From an uncultured Gammaproteobacteria bacterium (GTDB taxonomy: Bacteria; Pseudomonadota; Gammaproteobacteria; UBA9214): a stretch of DNA of 25,936 bases. The translations under genes and the position numbers were made by a program. The stretch is from positions 1 to 25,936 of the forward strand of contig CAVYZN010000003.1 of assembly GCA_963773065.1 (NCBI GenBank), in the 5' to 3' direction. Positions 11,357-20,580 of this stretch are shown here, in pieces. The notes beneath the pieces were generated by a model, which was not told the origin of the DNA, searched no databases, and worked only from the letters and a program-made list of their open reading frames with translations. Within the stretch, counting starts at the first letter, position 1; each line of letters begins with the position of its first letter.

Positions 11357-14133
11357 TTATTGCGGGCTAAGGCCTGTATCGGCTGCCTCTTGGCGGTTCA
11401 GGTCATAGATGGCAATTGCGGCGGCGGCATGATCGGCGGCCGGGTTGGTGCTGCGGGTTTTGGCGACTGCCTGCTCGATGGCGTGATCATCAGGCCGGTA
11501 TTTCTCGTGCAGGGCGCGCTGCTGTTCCGCCAGATCGGCGTTGCCGAGTTCGGCATAGATCTGCGCCAGGTTGTAATGGGCGGTGAGATCCTCGGGATCG
11601 ATCGTCAGTGTTTTCAGGAACCAGTCACGGGATTTTTCCAGCAGGTCATGGCGTGTCGACTGCTGTGATTCGTCCCTTTCCTGCCGTGCGCGCTCGAACA
11701 GCGTGCGTCCCAGCATGTTCAGAACCCGGATATCGTAGGAAAAGTCGAAACCGCGCTCGCGGGCCGACTGAAAGCGGGTATCAATGATAGATACCGGAGT
11801 GACTCAATGGCCTCATCGAGATGGCCGTTTTCCCGGTCGATGAGGGCGCTGAACCAGGCGATGGTCCAGGGTGGCGCCGGCGGTTCCCCGTTGCTGGCGC
11901 GGCGCAAGGCGCGTGCGGCCTCCTCCAGCCGGCCCTCACTGAAATAGACACGTGCCAGGTTGAGCGGGCCATTGGCATCCTGCAGGGACTCAACCTGGTT
12001 GAAGGCCTCTTCCGCCTGGCGCAGTTCACCCTTGGCGTCGCCACCGCCTTCCAGCAACAGGGCGATGCCATAGTCATTCCAACGCTTGGCGGCCTCGATC
12101 GGGAAGCTCTGCGCGTCTATGTTGGTCGATTGGTCCGCTACCGGCAGCGAGACGGTATCGGTGGCCATCGTGGTTATGGGCAGGTCGTTGCGAACAAAAG
12201 CATCGCCCTGCACGTAACGCAGGTAGGTGGTGTCGAACTTGCGGTAGTTGAGCTTGGCGTCGATATGCACCGGCCCCCGGACATCCTTGGGGACCTGCAG
12301 GAGGTAGTGCACGACGGCTGCCGCACCGGGTGGAATCTGGTGGTTGTAGAGGGCGACGAATATGTCCTGGGCGTTGCGCCGGTCGATGCGATTGCCGTTT
12401 TTGTCGAGAACGTAGGCATTGACGTAATAGGACCAGGGATCAACCTCGCCGGTTTCATTCCGGCTGCCGCTGCGCCCGATGACGCGGCCGTTGGCCGTCG
12501 CGGTCACATCCACCCACAGTTCGTTGGAATCCGCCGTGCCCTCGGTAAGCAGGTGCCCAACGCCGGTGGTGCGCAGCACGATCTCGATCAGGTAACGCTT
12601 CCCGGGCACCAGTTCGGGCAGATCCGGCCGCAGGGGCGCGTGCAGGCGGCCTTCGATCGTGCCGCCTTCCTTGATGCCGAAGATATCGATGCGTGTGACA
12701 TCCTGCATCTGCTTCCGCTGTGCCTCGATGACCTGCTCCGGCAGGTCGAGCAGATGCGCGATACCGGTGTTGGCCGCGGGAAACTGGTGCAGGTGGATGC
12801 TGCGCGTGCCGCTGTCGTCGAAGTCGCGGGCGGCGGGGTCGTCGGAGGCCCGCAGCGCCATATGACAACTGCTGCAGCGGGCGACCGCGTGCTCGGGATA
12901 ATAGAAGCTGTCGATGCGGTGGCCGGAGACGCCGCTTAACAGAAAGCTGTCGTAGTGGTCCTGGCCGCGCAGCCAGCGGTAGTCATTCACTTCCTGCGGA
13001 ATATGCACCTTGTGGCACAGCGAACAGAATTCGGCGCTGCGGTGCAACGGTTGCAGCAGGGTCTTCTTGTGGAATTCCGGCTTGGCCCTGATCAACTGGT
13101 GGTTGATGGCCTTGAGCAGGCCGGACTTGCTGTAGGCGAACGGATAGGATGGCGGATCGACGATGGTGTAGTCGCCATTGCCGCGCACGCTGTTCAGCCG
13201 GGTGATGGCATGGCAGCTCACACAGGTGATGCCGGCCTTTCCCGTCGGATCATTGTCCAGATCGAAGGCCGGATCATCGAAGCGTCCGCTGAACAGGGGC
13301 ACCGGGTCATGACAGCCCGCGCAGAAGCGCGACGCCTGCCTGTTGCCGTCGCGCTTGTACACCACCTCGCGGGTTTCCTTCACGCTGAAGTTGTAGGCCG
13401 GATTGTTGAAGGAACTGAAGCGGTGCATGCTGTGTTCATGGCTGCTGGCGATATCGCCGTGGCATTCCTTGCATTCCTCATCCGTCATCAGGTGAGCGGG
13501 CGGAATCGTCTTGCTCCCCTCGATGACCGCCAGGGACGGCGGAAATTGCGCGATGCTTTCCGGTCCCCCCCAGATCCTGATTCCCACGTGCACCAGGATC
13601 ATGACGGCGGCAAAACCCGCCGCGGCGAATGACCAGCGGACGGCGCCCCGCCAGCGTATGGGCGGACCGGCAAGCCGGTGCAGGACGAACAGCCAGGCAA
13701 CGGCAAACGGACTGATGACGTGGGTCCAGTAGCTGATGCGCCGAATGAGGGGATCGTTGATCTCCAGAAAACCGAAACGCGTCAGCAGCAGGCCCGACAG
13801 CAGTACCAGCATGAGCCCGGTAACCAGCGCGATACCGGCGCGGATAGCATAGCGGTTCGGTAGCGACCAGGCGCGGCGCATGTGCCCGATTGCGAAAATG
13901 ATCACCGGTACCGTCAGCAGCAGGCCCAGCACCAGATGAACGAGGAACATCAGCAGGTAGAAATAGTCCTGATAGATTTCGTTGCTGGTCTGCTCAAGGA
14001 TGGTGATGGCGCTCAGGTACACCGAATTCACCACCAGCAGCGAGAACAGCAGGAAAACGACGCCAAACAACCGTCCCAGACGAGCGTTCATCACCGGTCT
14101 GCCGGTTTTTGCCTCTGAATCCGCTGCAACCAT
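11357..14133 (-). CDS. Membrane-anchored multiheme (5x CxxCH) cytochrome c fused to C-terminal TPR repeats
   Basis: ORFs 11719-14274 and 11357-11716; likely start 14133. About five N-terminal TM helices containing His residues; CKECH, CAGCH, CVSCH, CSLCH, CSSCH; C-terminal TPRs (RWNDYGIALL, AHYNLAQIYAELG). Confidence 0.85.
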
Positions 14134-14312
14134 GGAATCCGCCTTGATTAAGAATTTCAGGACTCTTCCGCCGCAGTCCTGCGGCTCTGCCAAGCCATTG
14201 AAGAAACTCCTGATACCCCCGCACCGGCCGGGACACAGGCGCATGGCGGGAGCCCGGCATTGGCTGTCAGCCAACAGGGTGAACTATTTACCGTATCAGC
14301 ACTCCCGCGGGT

Positions 14313-14326
14313 ATGACATTAATCAA
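14313..14326. promoter_or_regulatory. Possible FNR-like site upstream of the multiheme operon
   Basis: Minus strand reads TTGAT-TAAT-GTCAT, 8 of 10 consensus positions. Confidence 0.3.
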
Positions 14327-14389
14327 CCGATCTGGATTTTTCTACCTTAGCGCCTGCCGGAATATGGCTGGCTGCAGTATTTTCAAAAA

Positions 14390-14409
14390 TACTGTATATA
14401 ATTACAGCA
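14390..14409. promoter_or_regulatory. LexA (SOS) box, gamma/beta-proteobacterial type
   Basis: TACTGTATATAATTACAGCA = CTG-N10-CAG with AT-rich spacer, directly upstream of dinB. Confidence 0.9.
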
Positions 14410-14497
14410 ATCGGAGCCGCCCCGCTCCGTGTGCGCGCATTGACAATCCCTGACCGCGGAAACCTTCTCATGCCGTCTTCCAGCCGCATTATCCAGC

Positions 14498-15749
14498 GTG
14501 GAATGCCCGGACTTCAGCCGCTACTGCCCGGTGGTCTGGCCGCGGGCCATCGTGCTGGTGGACATGAACGCCTTCTTCGCCTCCATCGAACAGCGGGACC
14601 GTCCCGAATGGCGCGGCCGTCCCGTGGCGATCACCAACGGCCGGCAGGGCACCTGCATCATTACCTGCTCCTACGAGGCGCGCGCCTATGGTATCAAAAC
14701 CGGCATGCGTCTGAAAAAGGCGCGCCGGCTGTGCCCGGAACTGATCCAGTGCCCGGCGCACCCGGAACGCTACGCCGCCACCTCGACGGCGATCATGCAG
14801 GCGCTGCAGGATATCACGCCGGACATCGAGGTGTTCTCCGTGGACGAGGCCTTCCTCGACGTGACGCATTGCCAGCGCCTGTTGGGCACCCCCGCCGCGC
14901 ATGGCGCGGCTCGCCAAGCGCAAGGTATTCGAGGCCTCGGGCGTATTGTGCTCGGCGGGCGTGAGCGGCGACAAGACCACGGCGAAGTTCGCCGCCAAGC
15001 TGGAGAAGCCGGATGGCCTGACCGTCATCCCGCCCTGGGAGGCGGCCGCGCGCCTGCGGGAGGTGCCGGTCACCGCGCTGTGCGGCATCGCCGAAGGCAT
15101 CGGCGGCTTCCTCGCCGCACACGGGGTACGGACCTGCGGGGACATGCAGCGGCTGCCGATCAGCGTGCTGGCGCGGCGCTTCGGCAATCCGGGGCGGCGC
15201 ATCTGGTACATGTGCCAGGGAGCGGACCCCGCGGGGCTGCAGCGCGAGGTGCCGGCGCCCAAGTCCATCGGCCATGGCAAGGTGGTGCCGCCGGACACCC
15301 GCGACCGGGAGGTGCTGCTGACTTACCTGCTGCACATGAGTGAGAAGGTCGGCGCGCGGCTGCGGCGCCACCGGCTGCAGGCGATGACCTTCTTCATCGG
15401 CCTGCGCACGGCCGGGGGCTGGGTGGGCGGCAAGCAGCGCTGCGCCCTGCCCACCGATGACGGCCGGCGGATCATGGCGCTGTGCCGGGTCGTGCTGGAG
15501 GAGTTCTGGGCCGGTGAGGGGGTGCACCAGGTGCAGGTGACGGCGCTGGACCCGGTCGCTGCCGGCAACCAGTTGGAACTGTTCGATGCCCCGGACGAGG
15601 AACAGCGCGAGGCCAATGCCGTGATGGACGCCATCAACCGCCGCTACGGCGAGTTCACCCTTGCCCCCGCGCGGCTGCTCCGGCGTTCGAGCATGCCCAA
15701 CGTGATCGCCCCGGCATGGAAACCCTATGGCCATCGGCAGACGATTTAA
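14498..15749 (+). CDS. dinB: Y-family DNA polymerase IV (frameshift near 14895)
   Basis: VDMNAFFASIEQ, CSYEARAYG, SVDEAFLDVT, AKFAAKLEKPDGL and PKSIGH little-finger region across ORFs 14498-15343 and 14901-15749. The true start may be 14470. Confidence 0.92.
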
Positions 15750-15836
15750 GGGGCATCGTCATGACAGGCGTAGCCATCGATACCGCTCACGGTCAGCTCC
15801 CTGGAATGGGGGGAGCTGGGATGTGCGGGTAGCGAG

Positions 15837-16247
15837 ATGTGCGGCGGCGTTTATTATTCCGTGAACGGCCAGGACCTGCGGGTGTATTTTCCGAACCCGA
15901 AGGCCACGCTGCCGGTTCGGACGCGCCGGGGCGGTGCGCAACTGCTGGCGTGGGGGCGCCGCCACGACCAGGCCGGTGAATTGCCGCTGGGTGGCTGGGC
16001 GCGCCTGGATGCCATCTATGGCGGGCGCTGGGACCGCTGGTTCCCGGTGCCGGTCAAGCTATTGGTCAAGAGCTTCATGGAAAAGGACCTCGAGGGTCAC
16101 GGCCACTGGTACGACCTGACCCGGGGACAATGGATCCAGGGGCTTATCGCGCGGCACCGGCATGAGCGCCGCGTCTACGTCGTCACGGTCGAACCGGAGC
16201 TGGCCGATGCCATGCACGATCGCTGGCCACGGATCCTGAGTGGATAG
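15837..16247 (+). CDS. Small divergent SRAP (HMCES/YedK)-like protein, 136 aa
   Basis: Intact ORF starting MCG, with LLAWG, WARLD, SFMEK and HDRWPRIL, collinear with the MCGR / LLHWG / NARAE / GFYEW / HDRMPVI motifs of the canonical SRAP at 17188. Confidence 0.65.
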   Translation: MCGGVYYSVNGQDLRVYFPNPKATLPVRTRRGGAQLLAWGRRHDQAGELPLGGWARLDAIYGGRWDRWFPVPVKLLVKSFMEKDLEGHGHWYDLTRGQWIQGLIARHRHERRVYVVTVEPELADAMHDRWPRILSG

Positions 16248-16549
16248 AGCCTGTGCGGATGTTTCAGGTACGGGCTGTCCGCACTTTTTCCGTTATCGCC
16301 CACAAGTTGGCGTTTGTTCAGGCCGAACGGAATAACGCTGATTTGTACTATTTTATATTGTTAAATATCTAATAGTTACGGTGTTTTCCTGCAAGAGTAA
16401 TCCGCTACGTAAAACCGTGGGCAATCCCCTTGACGGTTCCTGGCTTATATCCGTTTGCGTGCGGGATTCACCTATGACCATGCTGAAGAGATGCATGCGA
16501 CTGCCGAAATAATAGAAAGAGAAATCACATCCAGCCGGGAGACACTACT

Positions 16550-16765
16550 ATGGCTACTTGCGCACATCACATGGTACTCGATGATACAGAAGCTGATGCA
16601 CTCGAAGCAGCAGTGAAACAGTGGATTGAGGAATGCAACACGCACCGGCACGGGGACAGGGTCGAATCGCCCTGGGACATACAAAAGCTGGCCGCCCTGA
16701 CGATACTTAAAAAGCTCCACGGCGACGTTCGTGTCAATAACTGGTATGAATTGTTCGACTACTGA
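16550..16765 (+). CDS. Small hypothetical protein, 71 aa
   Basis: ATG preceded by GGAGA; helical-looking sequence in a lower-GC region; no recognised motif. Confidence 0.45.
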   Translation: MATCAHHMVLDDTEADALEAAVKQWIEECNTHRHGDRVESPWDIQKLAALTILKKLHGDVRVNNWYELFDY

Positions 16766-17017
16766 GCATCGGAACTGCCTGTTTAGCCACGACCCTGTTA
16801 TGCAATAGCAACCGCCATACAGGCGGTGTGTCAAGAGAACGTGCGGCTGACTCTCCAGTATCTCCTGTGCTTCCGGAAATTCTCCTCGCCCTGACCATCT
16901 TCTGACAAGTGAATGGCATACGGGGATAACCGCCCGCCTGCGTGTTGCGAGTAGGATATTCACACTGGCGCACGAAACTAACAAATGCGCCAGCGGTGGC
17001 AGCTATCAGGTCGCCGA

Positions 17018-17050
17018 GCGGCGGCCCTTTATTGGGCCGTCGTTTTATTT
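17018..17050 (+). terminator. Rho-independent terminator
   Basis: gcggcggccc-tttatt-gggccgtcgt followed by tttattt. Confidence 0.65.
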
Positions 17051-17187
17051 GTGGCTATATCAGGCTCTCGTATCGATCATCTTCACCTTGAGAAGTGAGA
17101 ACGGGATGGACGGGCTGAAGGTAAATCTGGGAAAATCCCGGAATCATCCTGTAATGCAGGGTAAATCTGCTAGCCGGGAACAGTCTT

Positions 17188-17853
17188 ATGTGCGGACGCT
17201 TCACCTTGCACTCATCTCCGGAAATCCTGCTGGAACATTTCGGCGTCGCCGGGACGCCCGAATTGGCGGCGAGCTACAACATTGCACCCTCACAACGGGT
17301 TCCGGCCGTGCGCGTGGCAGGCGGACGACGTGAACTGGTGTTGTTGCACTGGGGTTTGATCCCGTCGTGGGCAAAGAATGCCAAAACTTCCTACCGCATG
17401 ATCAATGCCCGCGCCGAAACCGTTGTGGACAAACCGGCCTACCGCGGTGCGTTCCGGCAGCGGCGCTGCCTGATTCCGGCAGACGGGTTCTATGAATGGA
17501 GACAAACCGGGAGCGGTAAGCAGCCCTACCATATCCGCATGAAAGATGAAGGCGTGTTCGCGATTGCCGGTTTGTGGGAACGCTGGGAGGGTGATGATGA
17601 AAGCATCGAGTCCTGCAGCATCATCGTAACACAAGCCAATGACACCATCCGGCCGGTTCATGACCGCATGCCGGTCATCGTGGCGCCGGGTGACTACGGG
17701 CAATGGCTGGATCCCGTCATATCGGGAGGCGAGAGGATAACTACCCTGTTGCGCCCCTACCCTGCCGGGGCCATGGTGGCCTACCCGGTCAGCAGTCGGG
17801 TCAACAGCCCGGCCAATAACGACGCGCAGTGCATCGCGCCGATGTACAGATAA
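17188..17853 (+). CDS. SOS response-associated peptidase (SRAP/YedK family abasic-site crosslinking protein)
   Basis: MCGRF, YNIAPSQ, WGLIP, INARAET, RRCLIPADGFYEW, HDRMPVI; intact. Confidence 0.95.
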   Translation: MCGRFTLHSSPEILLEHFGVAGTPELAASYNIAPSQRVPAVRVAGGRRELVLLHWGLIPSWAKNAKTSYRMINARAETVVDKPAYRGAFRQRRCLIPADGFYEWRQTGSGKQPYHIRMKDEGVFAIAGLWERWEGDDESIESCSIIVTQANDTIRPVHDRMPVIVAPGDYGQWLDPVISGGERITTLLRPYPAGAMVAYPVSSRVNSPANNDAQCIAPMYR

Positions 17854-18560
17854 AGCAGGCAGTACCGCTTCCGCGTTATCCGAAGGCAAGCCCGCCGCAC
17901 GCGAAGGAGCGTAACCGCACCATCCTGGATGTGCTGCATGCGGTGAACGAACTGGGTGAGGCGTTTGCCCTGTTGAAGCTGCATGAACATTCCCTGACAA
18001 ACCCCTGCAACTGCTGCCCTGAATTGATGGTGCGCATTGCCGGCTTCGAGGCCATCGCCATCGACCGGAACCGGGGCACCGCCGCTGGGTACATCGCTAA
18101 ATACATTTCAAAAACATCGACGGGTATGGTCTGGCGACGGATATCAACGGCGGTAACAGTAAGACCGCTGCCGAACGGGTCAACGCCTGGGCGGGGACCT
18201 GGGGGATACGCCAGTTCCAGCAGATCGGTGGACCGCCGGTGACAGTCTGGCGAGAGCTGCGGCGCATCAACCTAGAGCAGGTCGAGGAAACCATCCAGGC
18301 TGCAGCGATGGCAGCAGATACAGGCGATTGGGGAAGTTTCGTCGCGATCATGGGTGGCCCTACCGCATCGAGGAAGGAACACACACTCAAGGCGGCCCGT
18401 GCCTGGTCAGATAAGGAAGGGCGCTACGGTGAACCGGCCGGGGAAAAGATCATCGGCGTTGAGCATCGTAATGAAGTCGTTATTACTCGCTGCCATGAGT
18501 GGAGTATTGAAAAGAACAAAGGGCCGTTAGGCCCCTTGGAGTTCTGTCAATAACTGTACG
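17854..18560 (+). pseudogene. Remnant of a P2-type phage replication endonuclease gpA (no start, internal deletion)
   Basis: ELMVRIAGFEAIA joined directly to [18 protein letters not shown](N)IDG (two catalytic Tyr), then [32 protein letters not shown] and a terminal PWSSVNNCT. The HUH-containing middle is not visible. Confidence 0.85.
18531..18560 (+). other. P2-like rolling-circle origin/nick-site sequence
   Basis: GCCCCTTGGAGTTCTGTCAATAACTGTACG resembles the P2 ori (GCGCCTCG/GAGTCCTGTCAA, as recalled) that lies within gene A. Confidence 0.6.
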
Positions 18561-18581
18561 CACACGTTGAATGAGTATTCC

Positions 18582-18611
18582 AATGTCAACATTCGGCCAT
18601 AACACGACCTT
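18582..18611 (+). repeat. ~30-bp imperfect palindrome, dispersed family, copy A
   Basis: aatgtc-aacatt-cggcca-taacac-gacctt; aligns with copies at 19571, 19629, 19674, 25858 and 25904. Confidence 0.55.
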
Positions 18612-18915
18612 CCCATATATGAAAAAGGCAACCCGAAGTTCGCTATAGAATGGGACAGGTCGATAGGATTGTACTTAAGGACAATTCACTGGTTCTCATG
18701 AATTACATATCGTAATAACCATGACATATGAAGTTGATAATCTGCCACAGTCTCTATACCTTGGCGACCCGTATGCAGTGGGGCGCATTTTCTTCACAAT
18801 CAAGAAAGGCGGTACCGAAGGTCGCCGATTTAAGATCGGTAACTGTTAAGCCGTTTTCTACCGTCACGATATTTCTATCGACCCCAGAACGATAATTAGC
18901 TCAAGGATAAGCGGC

Positions 18916-19526
18916 ATGACTCGAGACAGACGCAAAAACAAGGAGCCAAACCAGAACGATGTGGGAAAAATCCTAAATCGCAAACAGTTAACTGCATTAA
19001 TTGAATGCCAGTATTTCGGCTGGAAACTGAAGTTTATCCGCAGCCCACTGTTTCAGGAACCCTGTTCCGGTTCTTTACAATGCCAAGATTGACCAAATCG
19101 GTATCCTAGATCCGGATGGACACATAAATATTGATGTGAAACTCGAAGTCCGCTCTTCTAAATACTGGACCCGACCACATCAAACAGCCCCTTCAGGTGC
19201 CGAAGTCACCCGAAGCTGCGTCCCTGAAAGAAAGACGCAAGCACAAAGTATTCTTTTCAGAAAATCTTGATGAACTTTTGAACCAACACCAAATGCGCGC
19301 ACTGCGTCAAATCAAGATTTTCGGTTGGCAATTGCATTTCATGCGTAGATCGTTATTCCAAGACCCCGTAGCAGTGATCATTAGCCCTGAAGGCGACAGA
19401 TTTGCAACACTAGAACACGATGGCCGGATCAACATGACGCCCGACACAGATTTACGTAAAGAAGCACCAGTCGAGAAAACAGTGTCCGCGCCATCCGTGA
19501 CCACATCAGAAGTCAAGCGTGCCTAA
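18916..19526 (+). CDS. Hypothetical protein with two tandem copies of a ~75-aa domain (frameshifted)
   Basis: From ATG 18916: DRRK..ILNRKQLTAL..FGWKLKFIRSPLFQEPVPV..IGILDPDGHIN. Second copy in ORF 19197-19526: ERRK..LLNQHQMRAL..FGWQLHFMRRSLFQDPVAV..FATLEHDGRIN. Confidence 0.75.
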
Positions 19527-19570
19527 TTAGAGCTAACCAATGATCAACCGCAATGCAGACAGAGATCGTG

Positions 19571-19703
19571 AAGGTCTCGAATGGGTCGAAGGTGCTCTTT
19601 TAGTGGTCGTTTATATAAGCCATCACTAAACGGCGGTAGTCGGCCATTATACGGCACTAACGCCTGCCTGGGTAACGGCAGGTTAACATCGTAAACGGTC
19701 GTT
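19571..19703 (+). repeat. Cluster of three ~30-bp imperfect palindromes (copies B, C, D)
   Basis: 19571 aaggtc-tcgaat-gggtcg-aaggtg-ctcttt; 19629 aacggc-ggtagt-cggcca-ttatac-ggcact; 19674 aacggc-aggtta-acatcg-taaacg-gtcgtt. Confidence 0.55.
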
Positions 19704-20026
19704 CAATTATTTTTGGTTCGACGAGTTTTCCGGCCATGGACTGCGGGCGGTTGACTGGAGAGCCTGAGGTTATTGCCTAGAGCTCGAAACGGTCTTACCC
19801 TATGATTCATTGAGAAGGAGAAGCCGGTATGAAGAAGCAAAGACACCATTACGAACTCAACTACAAACGCCGTCTCGTCCAGGTATACCTGTCCGGAGTG
19901 ATCTCGGCAGAAGAACTGGAGAAACGCGATTCCTTGTCATCTGCTGCGACTTCGGGTTTAAGAATGCTATGCGTTCGGTAGCGGGCTTGTTTCAAATTAC
20001 GACAAGAGGGCTTGGCCGGGAAAAGT

Positions 20027-20299
20027 ATGACTGACACGTCCAAAGAAGCCGGCGTCATCATGGCGCTGCATGAGCGGTTCGAGAAGCAGAGATTGCCGAG
20101 ACTCCTGGTACTCAAGGAAAAGGTTGACGAAGGAGAGGTGCTTGATGATCTTGAGATCGAATTCCTGGAACAAGTCATCAGCGATGCCAGGCAAAGCAAA
20201 CCCCTGTTAGACCGGCATCCGGAATGGCAGAGCTTTTGCGCCTATGTCATCCATCTCTACGAGGAGATCACCGCTAAGGCGCTCAAGAATGAAGAGGGA
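20027..20299 (+). CDS. ~90-aa helical hypothetical protein whose stop codon is displaced by the IS
   Basis: MTDTSKEAGVIMALHERFEKQRLPRLL...LYEEITAKALKNEEG. The rest of ORF 20012-20566 reads into IS DNA; joining 20299 to 21837 restores GGA-TAG. Confidence 0.7.
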
Positions 20300-20580
20300 C
20301 ATATGAATCACTGTGAAGAAAGGGCTGAAGTTAATGAATGGATGGGTGAGCGGTTCAGGTGGGTGGCCGAGCCATTGGAAGAGGCGGGGCCAGTAAAACC
20401 GACGGTTGATCCTGCTGATATCCGTGGGTTGGTTACCACCTTACTTGATTCCGTCGAGCGCCTTCCTCGGTCTAGGCCGAGGGTCGGCCGACAGCCGCCT
20501 CATAACGCCGCGAGGGTTGCGCCAATACCGGGGCCGCGCCTCTGCCCAGACCCTGGCAGGGTCTGATTAGTATGTTGGCG
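20300..20580 (-). ncRNA. Candidate bridge/seek RNA region of the IS110 element
   Basis: ~280-nt non-coding stretch downstream of the transposase with hairpins (20547-20565 cagaccctg/cagggtctg; 20465-20482 cctcgg/ccgagg). IS1111-type elements are known to encode their guide RNA at this end. Confidence 0.5.

Noticed and set aside
11821-13632. Long plus-strand ORFs (372 aa, 225 aa) and similar antisense ORFs such as 2635-3738, 4626-5441 and 14814-15734
   Set aside because: Shadow ORFs opposite well-supported genes in GC-rich DNA, with no motifs.
16339-16366. dif/Xer site at the edge of the low-GC patch
   Set aside because: TATTGTTAAAT resembles the XerD arm (9/11), but there is no recognisable XerC arm.
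16845-16900. CsrA/RsmA-binding sRNA (four GGA motifs on the minus strand)
   Set aside because: Too few motifs, not clearly in hairpin loops, and no matching terminator on that strand.
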